NCBI GenBank assembly: GCA_965247095.1
Contig: OZ251997.1
Coordinates: 416,001-480,000 of the forward strand
Source: Candidatus Multivorans sp.
Lineage (GTDB): Bacteria > Acidobacteriota > Thermoanaerobaculia > Multivoradales > Multivoraceae
DNA: 64,000 bases
Direction: 5' to 3'
The notes below the pieces were generated by a model that saw only the letters and a list, made by a program, of their open reading frames with translations, was not told where the DNA came from and did no database searches. Numbering within the stretch: position 1 is the stretch's first letter; every line of letters starts with the position of its first letter. Of the stretch, positions 9,147-18,159 are shown one piece after another. The position numbers and the translations under genes were made by a program.

Positions 9147-9299
9147 GATTCTTGTTCCTTTCCGTTTCATGGGTTCTTGTTGCCGTCGACCCCTTCGGAG
9201 AGGCCGACGACGCTGGTAGACGGGAAGGTCCTGCGGAAGCCGAGGAGGCTTCGCAGGTCCACCGCCGCGCAGCGCCTTACGGCGTGCAGGGACTGTGGA

Positions 9300-9334
9300 C
9301 CGCCTATAGACCTATGACGGAATTCGGAGCGGCT
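9300..9334 (-). promoter_or_regulatory. Conserved motif upstream of precursor A (putative promoter/operator)
   Basis: Minus strand AGCCGCTCCGAATTCCGTCATAGGTCTATAGGCGG; near-identical to 6732-6764. Confidence 0.5.
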
Positions 9335-9405
9335 TTTTCTGGCGAGGACCCTGAGAGGGGGCTGGGTGGCAGTGGCTGCGTGTCAGGTCGAGGGCGGAAC
9401 CCGGC

Positions 9406-10098
9406 TCAGCCGCCGAGCATCTTCTCGCGGCGTTCGGCGCGGGCGAATGTCAGGGCGACGATGGCGGCGATCGCGAGGGCGATGCCGATCCGGTTCTGGA
9501 CGCTCATCGCGAGCATCTGGTCGGCGTCGGCTCGGTCCACCGAGAGGGGGTTCCAGAACGGCGAGATGCGGAGGGGGTTTTCGCCGAAGCCGGTGATCAG
9601 GCCGTTGAGGCCAAGGAGGCCGGTCGTGGTCAGGGCGCCGGCCACCTCGCTGCGGAACAGGGTGGCGAGCCCCATGGCTGCAACCAGGTAGAAGGTGACG
9701 CCCTGGGCCGCGCCGTAGAGACTCTGGAAGACGGGGAAGGAGGTGAAGAAGGCGAACGTGACGGACGCCATCAAGGCCAGACTGGCGAGTAGCAACAGGC
9801 CGGCTGCGGCGAGCTTGCCGAGCCAGACGCGGTGAGCGCCGCCGGGTACGGTGTAGGCGATCTCAAGAGAGCGCTGGTCGAGTTCGCCGGTGATGATCCG
9901 CCCGCCCAGGAACACGGCGAGAACGGCCACCGGCATTCCGATCAGTGTGTTCTGGGCGGCGTCACGTTCGAAGCCCGTCGCGGCGCCGGCCAACAGCAGG
10001 ATCGCCTGCACGGCTAGCCACAGTAGCGGCAGCAGGGGCAGCAACCAGTAGCGCCGCCCTGCCAGCAGCACCGCGGACAGACGCAGCACGGCGATCAC
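9406..10098 (-). CDS. ABC-2-type transporter permease, paralog 1
   Basis: 230 aa; GTGA overlap with the stop codon of the upstream RND-ABC fusion; ITGELDQRSLE motif. Confidence 0.88.
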   Translation of the reverse strand: MIAVLRLSAVLLAGRRYWLLPLLPLLWLAVQAILLLAGAATGFERDAAQNTLIGMPVAVLAVFLGGRIITGELDQRSLEIAYTVPGGAHRVWLGKLAAAGLLLLASLALMASVTFAFFTSFPVFQSLYGAAQGVTFYLVAAMGLATLFRSEVAGALTTTGLLGLNGLITGFGENPLRISPFWNPLSVDRADADQMLAMSVQNRIGIALAIAAIVALTFARAERREKMLGG

Positions 10099-13000
10099 GT
10101 CGGGGCTCTGCCGCGCGCCGCCTGCGCCAGCCAGAGGTAGCCGTCCTCGAGCGTGGGTTCGACTGGTTCGGCCCGCCGATCGGGGCGGTCGGCAGCCAGC
10201 ACGCGCAGGCGGCTGCTGCCGTCGGGTTCCGGTTGGCGATCGGCGAGCACGGACGCCTCGGGAAGCTCCGGCTCCTCATCTCCGGGCGCCGTCCATGACC
10301 AGACACGGCCTTCGGCCTCTCGGGACAGCGCCGCCGGCTCGCCGTCGAACACCATGCGGCCGCCGGTGAGCACCAGTACGCGCTCGCAGGCCACCGCCAC
10401 GTCCTCGACGACGTGGGTCGAGAAGAGGACGATGCGGTCCTTGGCCAGGCGCGAGAGCAGGTTGCGGAAGCGGACGCGCTCGCGTGGGTCGAGGCCGACG
10501 GTCGGCTCGTCGACGACGATGATCGGCGGCAGGCGCAACAGCGTGCGGGCCACCGCGACCCGCTGCCGCATGCCGCCGGAGTAGCCGCCGATCGGTTCGT
10601 CCGCTCGCTCGTCGAGTCCGACTTCGCGCAGCAGGGAGCCGATGCGCTCCGCTCGCTCCGACGCCTCGATCTGGTAGAGCGCGGCGTAGTACTCGAGGTA
10701 CTGCCGGGCCGTCAGGCGCGCCGGCAGGCCGGCGTCCTGCGGCAGGTAGCCGACGTAGCGGGCCAGCCGTTTCCGTATCCTGAGCAGGGGCACGCCGCCC
10801 AGCGTGATCCGGCCGCGGGTCGAATCCAGAATGCCGGTCACCTGGCGGAGCAGGGTCGTCTTGCCCGCGCCGTTCGGACCCAGCACGCCGACCATGCCCC
10901 GCTCGACATCGAAGCTCACCGCGGCCAGCGCCTTCACCGTGTCGATCGGCAGATCGAGACCGAAGATCCGGGTTGCTGCCGCCCGCCAGAGGCGGATCAA
11001 CATGCCGCGCCAGCCACGGGTGCGCCGGCGGCGGGTTGACCGCTGCTCCCGGCGCACCGTCTCGAGACGGGCCGTGCGACGTCCGAGTTGGATCAGAAGG
11101 ATGATCGTGGAGAGGATGGCCACGACGATGAACCCGCCCACCGCGGGCTCGGTGGCGAGAGCCGGACCGACCAGGCCCGCGAGAAGCGCCCAGGGCAGCA
11201 GGGCGGACAGAACGCCCTCGATGCCGCCCGGCTCGACTCGACCAAGCGCGTCGGCGCGGCCGCGGGCACGCCGGACCTCGGTCAGCAGCCGGGAAGCGAT
11301 CAGCAGTGCGGCAATCCAGGCGCCCAGTTGGATCAGGTCGGCACGGAACCTCATGGCCAGGGCGACCGCGCCGGCGAGCAACAGGAGCAAGGGCAGGATG
11401 CGGTCCCGCGCGTCGGCGGGGTGGAAGGCCTGACCGCCGCGGTCGACGACCTGCTTGGCGAAGTCGGTCGATGCCCGCAGCGCCCGGCGCACCGGCCCCG
11501 GCCGGCCGTAGGTCTTGCGCAGGTGACGGACCACCAGCCGGGGCGGTCCGGCGTCGGCCTCCGGTTCCGGTGTCGGCGGTTTTGGCACCAGCCACACGGT
11601 GAGCCCGAGCAGGGCGCCGGCGATGAGCACGGTCGTCGTGACCTGCCAGAACATGGACTCGATCACGCCGAGAACGAACAACGGGGCGGTGGCCGCGATC
11701 ACCGCGCCGAGCCAGGTCAGAACCACCCAGGGTCCGACGCGGCTGAAGACATCGTCCAGGCGCCGCAGAAAGACGTAGCCGACCGGGATGACGAGCAGCG
11801 TGAGCACGGTCGAGGTCAGAAGACCGCCGATCACCAGGGTCGCGAAGGGCGGCCAGAGCTCGTTCTCGCGTCCCGTGGCGATGGCCAGCGGTGCGAGCGC
11901 CGCGATCGTCGTCGCGCTGGTCATCAACACCGGACGCGCGCGCTCGCGAACCGCGGCCAGGGCGGCGGCGCCCGCACTCCAGCCGGCGCCGAGTACCCGT
12001 TGCTGCATCCGGTCGACGAGCAGAACCGCCGGGTTCACCGCCAGCCCGAGGAGGACGAGCGCCCCGAGCAGCGCCATCGGATCGAGCCCGATGCCGGAGA
12101 ACATCAGCGCCCACAGCGAGCCGAGCAGGGCGAGCGGCAGCGCGAGCAGAACAAGGATCGGCAGGGTCATCGACTCGAACGCCACCGCCAGAACCAGGAA
12201 CACGAGCATCACGACCGGCGCCAGGACGCGCCGGAACCAGCTCGTGTTCTCGTCCGAGCGGTCGAGCTCGATTGTCGTTCCGGGCGGACGGTGGATGCTG
12301 GCAAGCGCCTCGTCCAGGTTGCGGTCGAATTCCAGCCGCGCCGGTCCGCCGCTTGGTACGTCGGACGAGACGCTGTAGATGACCTCCCGCTCGCGGCGGC
12401 CGTTGTGGTGTGTGATCACCGGGGAAGCCGGCGCGCGGCGCACCTGCGCCAAGGCGGCTACTGGCAGGACGCCAGCGCTCGTGGAGACGCGGAGCCGGGA
12501 CAGGCCGCTCAGCGACGCCTCGCGCTCGAAACTGCTGCCGTCCACGACCCGGGCGTCACTGGGTCGGTTCTCCGCGCGCTGGACGACGATCGGAAGCTCA
12601 CGGCCGTTCGGAAGCGGGAAGCCGCTGTTGATGCTCGTACCCTCACGGCCGGCGAGACTCAGCATCGGCAGCACATCGTCGAGCAGGACGCCGAAGGTGT
12701 CGAAGGCGCGACGGTTCGGGCTGACGTGGATCTCGTCGGGGCCGGGCCGTGAGGCTAGAAAGGCGCCGCTGATCCCCTCGATCTCCTTGAGCCGCTCGGC
12801 GACCTCCGTGGCCAGACCGGTCAACTGGTCGTTGTCGTTTCCGGACAGGATGACCCGTTTCGGCCCTGCCCCGAGCAACTCCTGGGCGCCGCCGCCACCG
12901 CCGGGACCGCCGCCCCGACCGCCCGGGCCTTCGCCTTCGCCGGGTCGCAGAATCTCGGTACCGGCGCGCCGGTTCGCGGCCCGGCGTACGAGCTGACGGA

Positions 13001-14912
13001 TCCGCGCCGCGGTCAGTTCCTCGGGGCGGTCCTCGAGTGCCTCGAGGTGGACCGTCAACGAGCCCCCCTCCTCGCGGATCATGCTTTCGACGCGGTCCAC
13101 GCCGTCGACTTCATGGACCGCCTCCAGAGGCTGGAAGGCGCGCACCGCGGAATCGAGCGAACTCCGGCTCTCGTCGAGGCGCACGGAGAACTGGACCTGG
13201 TCCGCGATCTCTGCTTCTGGCGACACTGTGTTTCCGAGCACAAAGGGCAGGGCCACGAGCGCGGTGACGACGACGGCGAGAGCCACCGACGTGATCCAGC
13301 TCGCAGGCCGCCTCAGTGCCGAGGCGAGAACTCCTGCAAACAGGATGCGGATCGGGTCGGGCGGCGCCTGTCCGGCGAAGCGTTCGCGGCGCTGTCGCAA
13401 TCGGGCCAGCCGGCGGATCGCCGCGGGCGCGGCGAGATGGCGGGCCAGCAGCGGTACGAGACCGATCGCCACCAACAGGGAACCGAACAGCGGCAGCAGG
13501 ATCGAGAGGGCGGCGATCGCGATCAGGTTGCGGATCATCGACGATCCCAGGTCGACGAGCAGCGGCGGCACGAAGACGACCGCGGTGGTCACGGACGCGG
13601 CGATGATCGCGCGGGCGGTGCGGCGGATGCCTCCCGCCGCGGCGTCGTCGGGACTTCGGCCCCGCTCGAGGCGGCGTTGGACGGACTCGAAGACCACGAC
13701 GCTGTTGTCGACCAGCAGTCCGACGCCGACCGCAAGGCCGAAGAGGCTGATCAGGTTCAGGGTCTGGCCGGCCAGGTAGAGGAAGGACAGCGCCGCGGCC
13801 AGGCTGACCGGCACCGCGATCGCTACCACCGCCACGGCCCGCCATTGGCGCAGGAAGAGGAACAGGACCGCAAGGGCGATCAGGAAGCCTGAGAGACCGA
13901 GGTTTCTCAGACGGCCGATCTGGGTCTCGACGAGTTCCGCGGCGTCGAGGCTGATGAGCAGATGAATGCCGAGGGGCTCGAGATCTGCGTTGACCTCCTC
14001 GATCCGGCGGCGCAGGTCGCGGCCGAGGCGAACCAGGTTCGCGCCCTCTTCCTGGAAGAGCAAGACCCCAACCGAGGGGTCGCCGTTGACCCGGAACAGC
14101 ATTTGTCGGCGGCCGGGGCCGACTTCGATCTCGGCGACGTGGCGCACCAGAGCCGGCCGGTCCGGCACGATCCGAACCTCGCCCATGGACACCGGGCCGA
14201 CGGGACGGCCGTCCAGCATCACCGCCGTTCGCCCGGCTTCGTCTTCCAGGCTGCCGAGGTAGCGCAAGCGGCCGGCCGCGGCGCGCACCGCCGCCGTCAC
14301 CTGCTCCGTGGTGACGCCGAGCGCTGCACAGCGGTTCGGGTCGACCCAGACGGTCAACTGCCGCGACGCACCGCCGCCGACGATCGCCTGACTGACGCCC
14401 GGCACCGCGGCCAGCCGCGGCGTGACGAGTTCCACGACCAGGTCGTGCAGGGCGTTCTGGTCGGCGGCGCCGGTGACCTGCAGGACCATGGCGAAGCTGG
14501 AAATGGCACTGCTGTCCTGGGCCTGGACGTCCAGGAAAGCGTTCCGCGGCTGGGTGCGGGCGAGGTCCGCGGCGATCCGGCGCACCTCCAGCTCGCGGAC
14601 CTTCAGGTCGACGCCGCGTTCGAAGAGGATCGTGAAGCTGCCGCCGGCGCCGCTGACCTCGCCCCAGGTCTCGGCGACCCGCGGCAGGGTCCGTACCCGG
14701 GCCTCGAGCGGCATCAGGATCTCCCGCTCGATCGTCTCCGGTTCGCTGCCCGGGCGGAAGAAGTTGACGTAGAGCTGGTCGCCGGTCAGGGCCGGGAAGA
14801 GTTCGACCGGCAGTCGTCGCCAGGCGAACAGCCCCAGGATCACAAACCCCAGGAAGAACATCGCCACGGCGACGGGGCGGCGAATGGCAAGGGTGTCGAG
14901 ACCGGCTCTCAC
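10095..14912 (-). CDS. RND (AcrB/CusA-like) permease fused to a C-terminal ABC ATPase
   Basis: RND motifs RRPVAV, LPVELFP, GLLVDNSVVVFE, RARPVLMT, P.ATLVIGGL; C-terminal Walker A GPNGAGKTT, signature YSGGMRQR, Walker B IIVVDEPT, STH; a single 1605-aa ORF. Confidence 0.9.
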   Translation of the reverse strand: MRAGLDTLAIRRPVAVAMFFLGFVILGLFAWRRLPVELFPALTGDQLYVNFFRPGSEPETIEREILMPLEARVRTLPRVAETWGEVSGAGGSFTILFERGVDLKVRELEVRRIAADLARTQPRNAFLDVQAQDSSAISSFAMVLQVTGAADQNALHDLVVELVTPRLAAVPGVSQAIVGGGASRQLTVWVDPNRCAALGVTTEQVTAAVRAAAGRLRYLGSLEDEAGRTAVMLDGRPVGPVSMGEVRIVPDRPALVRHVAEIEVGPGRRQMLFRVNGDPSVGVLLFQEEGANLVRLGRDLRRRIEEVNADLEPLGIHLLISLDAAELVETQIGRLRNLGLSGFLIALAVLFLFLRQWRAVAVVAIAVPVSLAAALSFLYLAGQTLNLISLFGLAVGVGLLVDNSVVVFESVQRRLERGRSPDDAAAGGIRRTARAIIAASVTTAVVFVPPLLVDLGSSMIRNLIAIAALSILLPLFGSLLVAIGLVPLLARHLAAPAAIRRLARLRQRRERFAGQAPPDPIRILFAGVLASALRRPASWITSVALAVVVTALVALPFVLGNTVSPEAEIADQVQFSVRLDESRSSLDSAVRAFQPLEAVHEVDGVDRVESMIREEGGSLTVHLEALEDRPEELTAARIRQLVRRAANRRAGTEILRPGEGEGPGGRGGGPGGGGGAQELLGAGPKRVILSGNDNDQLTGLATEVAERLKEIEGISGAFLASRPGPDEIHVSPNRRAFDTFGVLLDDVLPMLSLAGREGTSINSGFPLPNGRELPIVVQRAENRPSDARVVDGSSFEREASLSGLSRLRVSTSAGVLPVAALAQVRRAPASPVITHHNGRREREVIYSVSSDVPSGGPARLEFDRNLDEALASIHRPPGTTIELDRSDENTSWFRRVLAPVVMLVFLVLAVAFESMTLPILVLLALPLALLGSLWALMFSGIGLDPMALLGALVLLGLAVNPAVLLVDRMQQRVLGAGWSAGAAALAAVRERARPVLMTSATTIAALAPLAIATGRENELWPPFATLVIGGLLTSTVLTLLVIPVGYVFLRRLDDVFSRVGPWVVLTWLGAVIAATAPLFVLGVIESMFWQVTTTVLIAGALLGLTVWLVPKPPTPEPEADAGPPRLVVRHLRKTYGRPGPVRRALRASTDFAKQVVDRGGQAFHPADARDRILPLLLLLAGAVALAMRFRADLIQLGAWIAALLIASRLLTEVRRARGRADALGRVEPGGIEGVLSALLPWALLAGLVGPALATEPAVGGFIVVAILSTIILLIQLGRRTARLETVRREQRSTRRRRTRGWRGMLIRLWRAAATRIFGLDLPIDTVKALAAVSFDVERGMVGVLGPNGAGKTTLLRQVTGILDSTRGRITLGGVPLLRIRKRLARYVGYLPQDAGLPARLTARQYLEYYAALYQIEASERAERIGSLLREVGLDERADEPIGGYSGGMRQRVAVARTLLRLPPIIVVDEPTVGLDPRERVRFRNLLSRLAKDRIVLFSTHVVEDVAVACERVLVLTGGRMVFDGEPAALSREAEGRVWSWTAPGDEEPELPEASVLADRQPEPDGSSRLRVLAADRPDRRAEPVEPTLEDGYLWLAQAARGRAPT

Positions 14913-14925
14913 GTCGCTTTCCGGT

Positions 14926-17900
14926 TCAGGCGCCGGACGGGTCGCGGCGGCGCCGGGTCAGTCGCATCGAGTCGAGTATCAGGTAGAGGCAGGGCAGCAC
15001 GAGGAGCGAGCCGACGGTGGAGGTGAGGATGCCGCCGATGATCGTGTACGCCATCGGGCTTCGCAGTTCCGCGGCTTCGCCGGCGCCTATGGCAAGCGGC
15101 GCCAGGACCAGGACAGTGGTCAGGGTCGTCATCAGGATCGGCCGCAGGCGGATCGCGGCGGCCCGGGCCAGTGCGGTGCGCCGCTCCATGCCGGCGGCGA
15201 GCAGCCGGCGGGCGGTGGCAATCAGGAGGACCGCGTCGTTCACCGCCACGCCCGCGAGCACGATGAGGCCGAGCAGCGCCATGACACCGACCGGCCGTCC
15301 GAGGAAGCCGAGGGTGCAGGCGACGCCGACCAGGGCCAGGGGGATCGAGAACAACACCGTGAGCGGTTGGAGCAGGGACTCGAACGTTCCGGCGAGGACC
15401 ATCAGCACGAGAACGAGCGCCAGCAGCCCCGCCCAGCGCAGTTCGCCGACGGCGCGCTCGCGTTCCTCTTCCTCGCCGGCGAGACGGACGATCAGACCGG
15501 AGGGCAGGTCGGTTGCTGCGATCGTCTCGCCGGCTGCCGCGATCGCGCGCGGGTAGTCGCTGTCGTCGGCGACCCGGGCGGTCACCTGGGCGACGCGGCG
15601 CTGGTCGCGGCGGAAGACCTCGCGGGCGCCCTCGGCGGGGACGAAGCGGGCGACTTGGCCGAGGGCGAGGTCCGCGCCGTCGTTGCTCGTGAAGCGCAGT
15701 TTGGCGAGTTCCTCGGGCCGCGGCTGGGGCAGAGAGAGGACGACGTGGCGCTCCTCGTCTCCAGTCGAGAGCAGGGTGACCCTGCGGCCGTCGAGTGCGG
15801 CCTGGAGCACCCGGGCGATCGTTTCCAGGCCGACGCCGAGGCCGTCGGCCATCGCGCGGTCGAGTTCGATCCGCAGTTCCGGCGGTCCGCCCTCGAACGA
15901 GGAGCGGACGTTCCAGAGTTCGGATCGCACAGCCATCGCGTCGCGCAACCTGGTGGCCGCCAGGCGCAGGTCGGGCAGCGACTGGCCCGCGATCTCGACC
16001 ACGATCGGCGGTCCCGCGGAGCCGAGCGCGCGCGATAGCGCCGACGCCCCGACCTCCCACTCGATCTCGGTATCCGGCAGGTCTTGGAAGTTGGGCTGCA
16101 GGGCGGTCACGATCTGGCCGCCGGTCGGCCCTTCGGCGGACAGCCGGACGAGCAGGCGGGCCGTGTTCTCCTCAGTCAGCTCCGTGGTCACGAGCCGATC
16201 GTCCTCGGGCAGGCGGCCGACCTCGGCCTGGATCGCCTGCAGGTGCTCGCCGGCAGCCTGCCTGACCGCCTCTTCCAGCGTCGCCACGGCGCCGGCGGTG
16301 GCCTCGACGCGCTGGCCGGGCGGGCCGACCATGCGCACCGAGAACTGCCGCGGGTCGGCAGGCGGCAGCAGTTCGCTGCCCAGTCCGAGCAGAACGTAGA
16401 CGGCGCCGGCGGCGGCGAGCACCGCCACTCCGACGACCAGCCAGCGAAGCTGAAGCAGGCCGAGAACCAGGCGCTCGACGGCGCCGAAGGCCCAGCCCAG
16501 CGGACGCGCTTCGTCTTCGTCAGCGTCCACCGGCATGCTGATGGATGCCGCCGCCGATGCGTCGGCCGTGGGCTCGGGCGCGGCGGTTTGCGGTTTGGCG
16601 CGCGGCAGGAGCCAGCGCGACAGGGCCGGAATCAGCATGATCGCGACCGCCAGGGAGGCGCCGAGGGAGGCGGTGACGGTGAAGGCGATGCCTTCGATCA
16701 GGCGCGCCGCCAGACCCTGGACGAAGAGGACGGGCAGGAAGACAACGCACGTAGTGAGCGTCGAGGCGGCAATCGCGCCCGCGACCTCGCCCGTGCCCCT
16801 GGCGGCCGTGTCGGCTGCCGAGGCGCCGGGGCGGTGGCGGCGGTGGATGCTCTCCACGACGACGATCGCGTTGTCGACCAGCATGCCGGCGCCGAGCGCC
16901 AGCCCGGCCAGGGTGATGATGTTCAGAGAGTGCCCCCACAGCCGCATCGCGAACAGCGCGACGAACAGGGACACCGGCACCGCTGAAGCGACGACCAAGG
17001 TCGGACCGAGGGAGCGCAGGAACAGCGCCAGCACGACGACCGCCAGGGCGATGCCGATCAGCGCCGCGTTCGTCAGGTCGTCCATCGCGTCCTCGATCAG
17101 CGCGGCGTCGTCGTTGACCATCGAGACGAGGACCCGGGGCAGGTCGCGCTCGAGGTCGTCGAGCGCCGCGCGCACGGTGCGCGAGACCTCCACGGTGTTG
17201 GCGCCCGCCTCCTTGAACACCTGCAGGCCGACGCCCTCCTGGCCGTTCACCCGCACCAGGTGGTCGATCTCGGCGTGTGCGAGTTCGACCGTGGCGACGT
17301 CGGAGACCCGGATCGGCTGACGGACCTGCCGGCCTCCCTCCGCCTGCTGGGTGCGGTAGCGCACGACGACCCGCTCGACATCGCGGGAGTTCCGGAACCG
17401 GGAGATGCCTCGAACGAGATAGACCTGACCGCCGTCCTCCAGGGTGCCGGCGTCGATGTCGACGTTCTCGGCCACGAGGCGTTGCTCCAGTTGGTCCAAG
17501 GTGACGCCGAACGCCTGCAGGCGGTAGCGGTCGACGCGTACGCGGACCTCCAGTTCCCGCCCTCCGAGGACCCGCACCTCGGCAACGTCGGCGAGCTGCT
17601 CCATGGCCGGCGCCACCTGACGGCGCGCCAGGCGGCGGAGCTCGGCGAGATCAGGTCCTTCCGGCTCGGCGGCCAGCCCAAGGGTGATCACCGGCGACTG
17701 CCTCGGATCGAGTTGGCGGACCAGGACCTCGTCGACTTCGGGGTCGGCCGCGACCGGATTGACCGCCTTCTGCACGTCGATCAGCGCCAGGTCCATGTCG
17801 GCGTCCCAGTCGAAGCGGACGGTGGCGATCAGGCGGCCGGTGCGGGCGACCTGGTGCACCTCGCGGAGGCCGCGCACCGTGAACAGGCGCTGCTCGACCT

Positions 17901-18120
17901 GCTCGCCGTAGAGCCGCTCCATCTCGGTCGGCGGCCGGTCGCCGGAACGCACGGCGACGACGATGGTCGGCGAACGCAGGTCGGGCAGGAGGTCGATCGG
18001 CAGTTCACGCCACGACATCCAGCCCACCAAGGCGAATGCCAGGGCGGTGACGGTGACCGCTACGGGCCGGCGCGCAGCCAGGCGGGCGGGGCCGAAGGTC
18101 TCACCGGATGTTCGAGTCAT
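14926..18120 (-). CDS. RND efflux transporter permease subunit
   Basis: LPIDLLP, GMLVDNAIVVVE, RLRPILMTT, PMAYTIIGG; 1064 aa. Confidence 0.93.
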   Translation of the reverse strand: MTRTSGETFGPARLAARRPVAVTVTALAFALVGWMSWRELPIDLLPDLRSPTIVVAVRSGDRPPTEMERLYGEQVEQRLFTVRGLREVHQVARTGRLIATVRFDWDADMDLALIDVQKAVNPVAADPEVDEVLVRQLDPRQSPVITLGLAAEPEGPDLAELRRLARRQVAPAMEQLADVAEVRVLGGRELEVRVRVDRYRLQAFGVTLDQLEQRLVAENVDIDAGTLEDGGQVYLVRGISRFRNSRDVERVVVRYRTQQAEGGRQVRQPIRVSDVATVELAHAEIDHLVRVNGQEGVGLQVFKEAGANTVEVSRTVRAALDDLERDLPRVLVSMVNDDAALIEDAMDDLTNAALIGIALAVVVLALFLRSLGPTLVVASAVPVSLFVALFAMRLWGHSLNIITLAGLALGAGMLVDNAIVVVESIHRRHRPGASAADTAARGTGEVAGAIAASTLTTCVVFLPVLFVQGLAARLIEGIAFTVTASLGASLAVAIMLIPALSRWLLPRAKPQTAAPEPTADASAAASISMPVDADEDEARPLGWAFGAVERLVLGLLQLRWLVVGVAVLAAAGAVYVLLGLGSELLPPADPRQFSVRMVGPPGQRVEATAGAVATLEEAVRQAAGEHLQAIQAEVGRLPEDDRLVTTELTEENTARLLVRLSAEGPTGGQIVTALQPNFQDLPDTEIEWEVGASALSRALGSAGPPIVVEIAGQSLPDLRLAATRLRDAMAVRSELWNVRSSFEGGPPELRIELDRAMADGLGVGLETIARVLQAALDGRRVTLLSTGDEERHVVLSLPQPRPEELAKLRFTSNDGADLALGQVARFVPAEGAREVFRRDQRRVAQVTARVADDSDYPRAIAAAGETIAATDLPSGLIVRLAGEEEERERAVGELRWAGLLALVLVLMVLAGTFESLLQPLTVLFSIPLALVGVACTLGFLGRPVGVMALLGLIVLAGVAVNDAVLLIATARRLLAAGMERRTALARAAAIRLRPILMTTLTTVLVLAPLAIGAGEAAELRSPMAYTIIGGILTSTVGSLLVLPCLYLILDSMRLTRRRRDPSGA

Positions 18121-18159
18121 CGTGCCGGGCTCCGGTGGTCAGAGCTGCCGAATCGGTTC

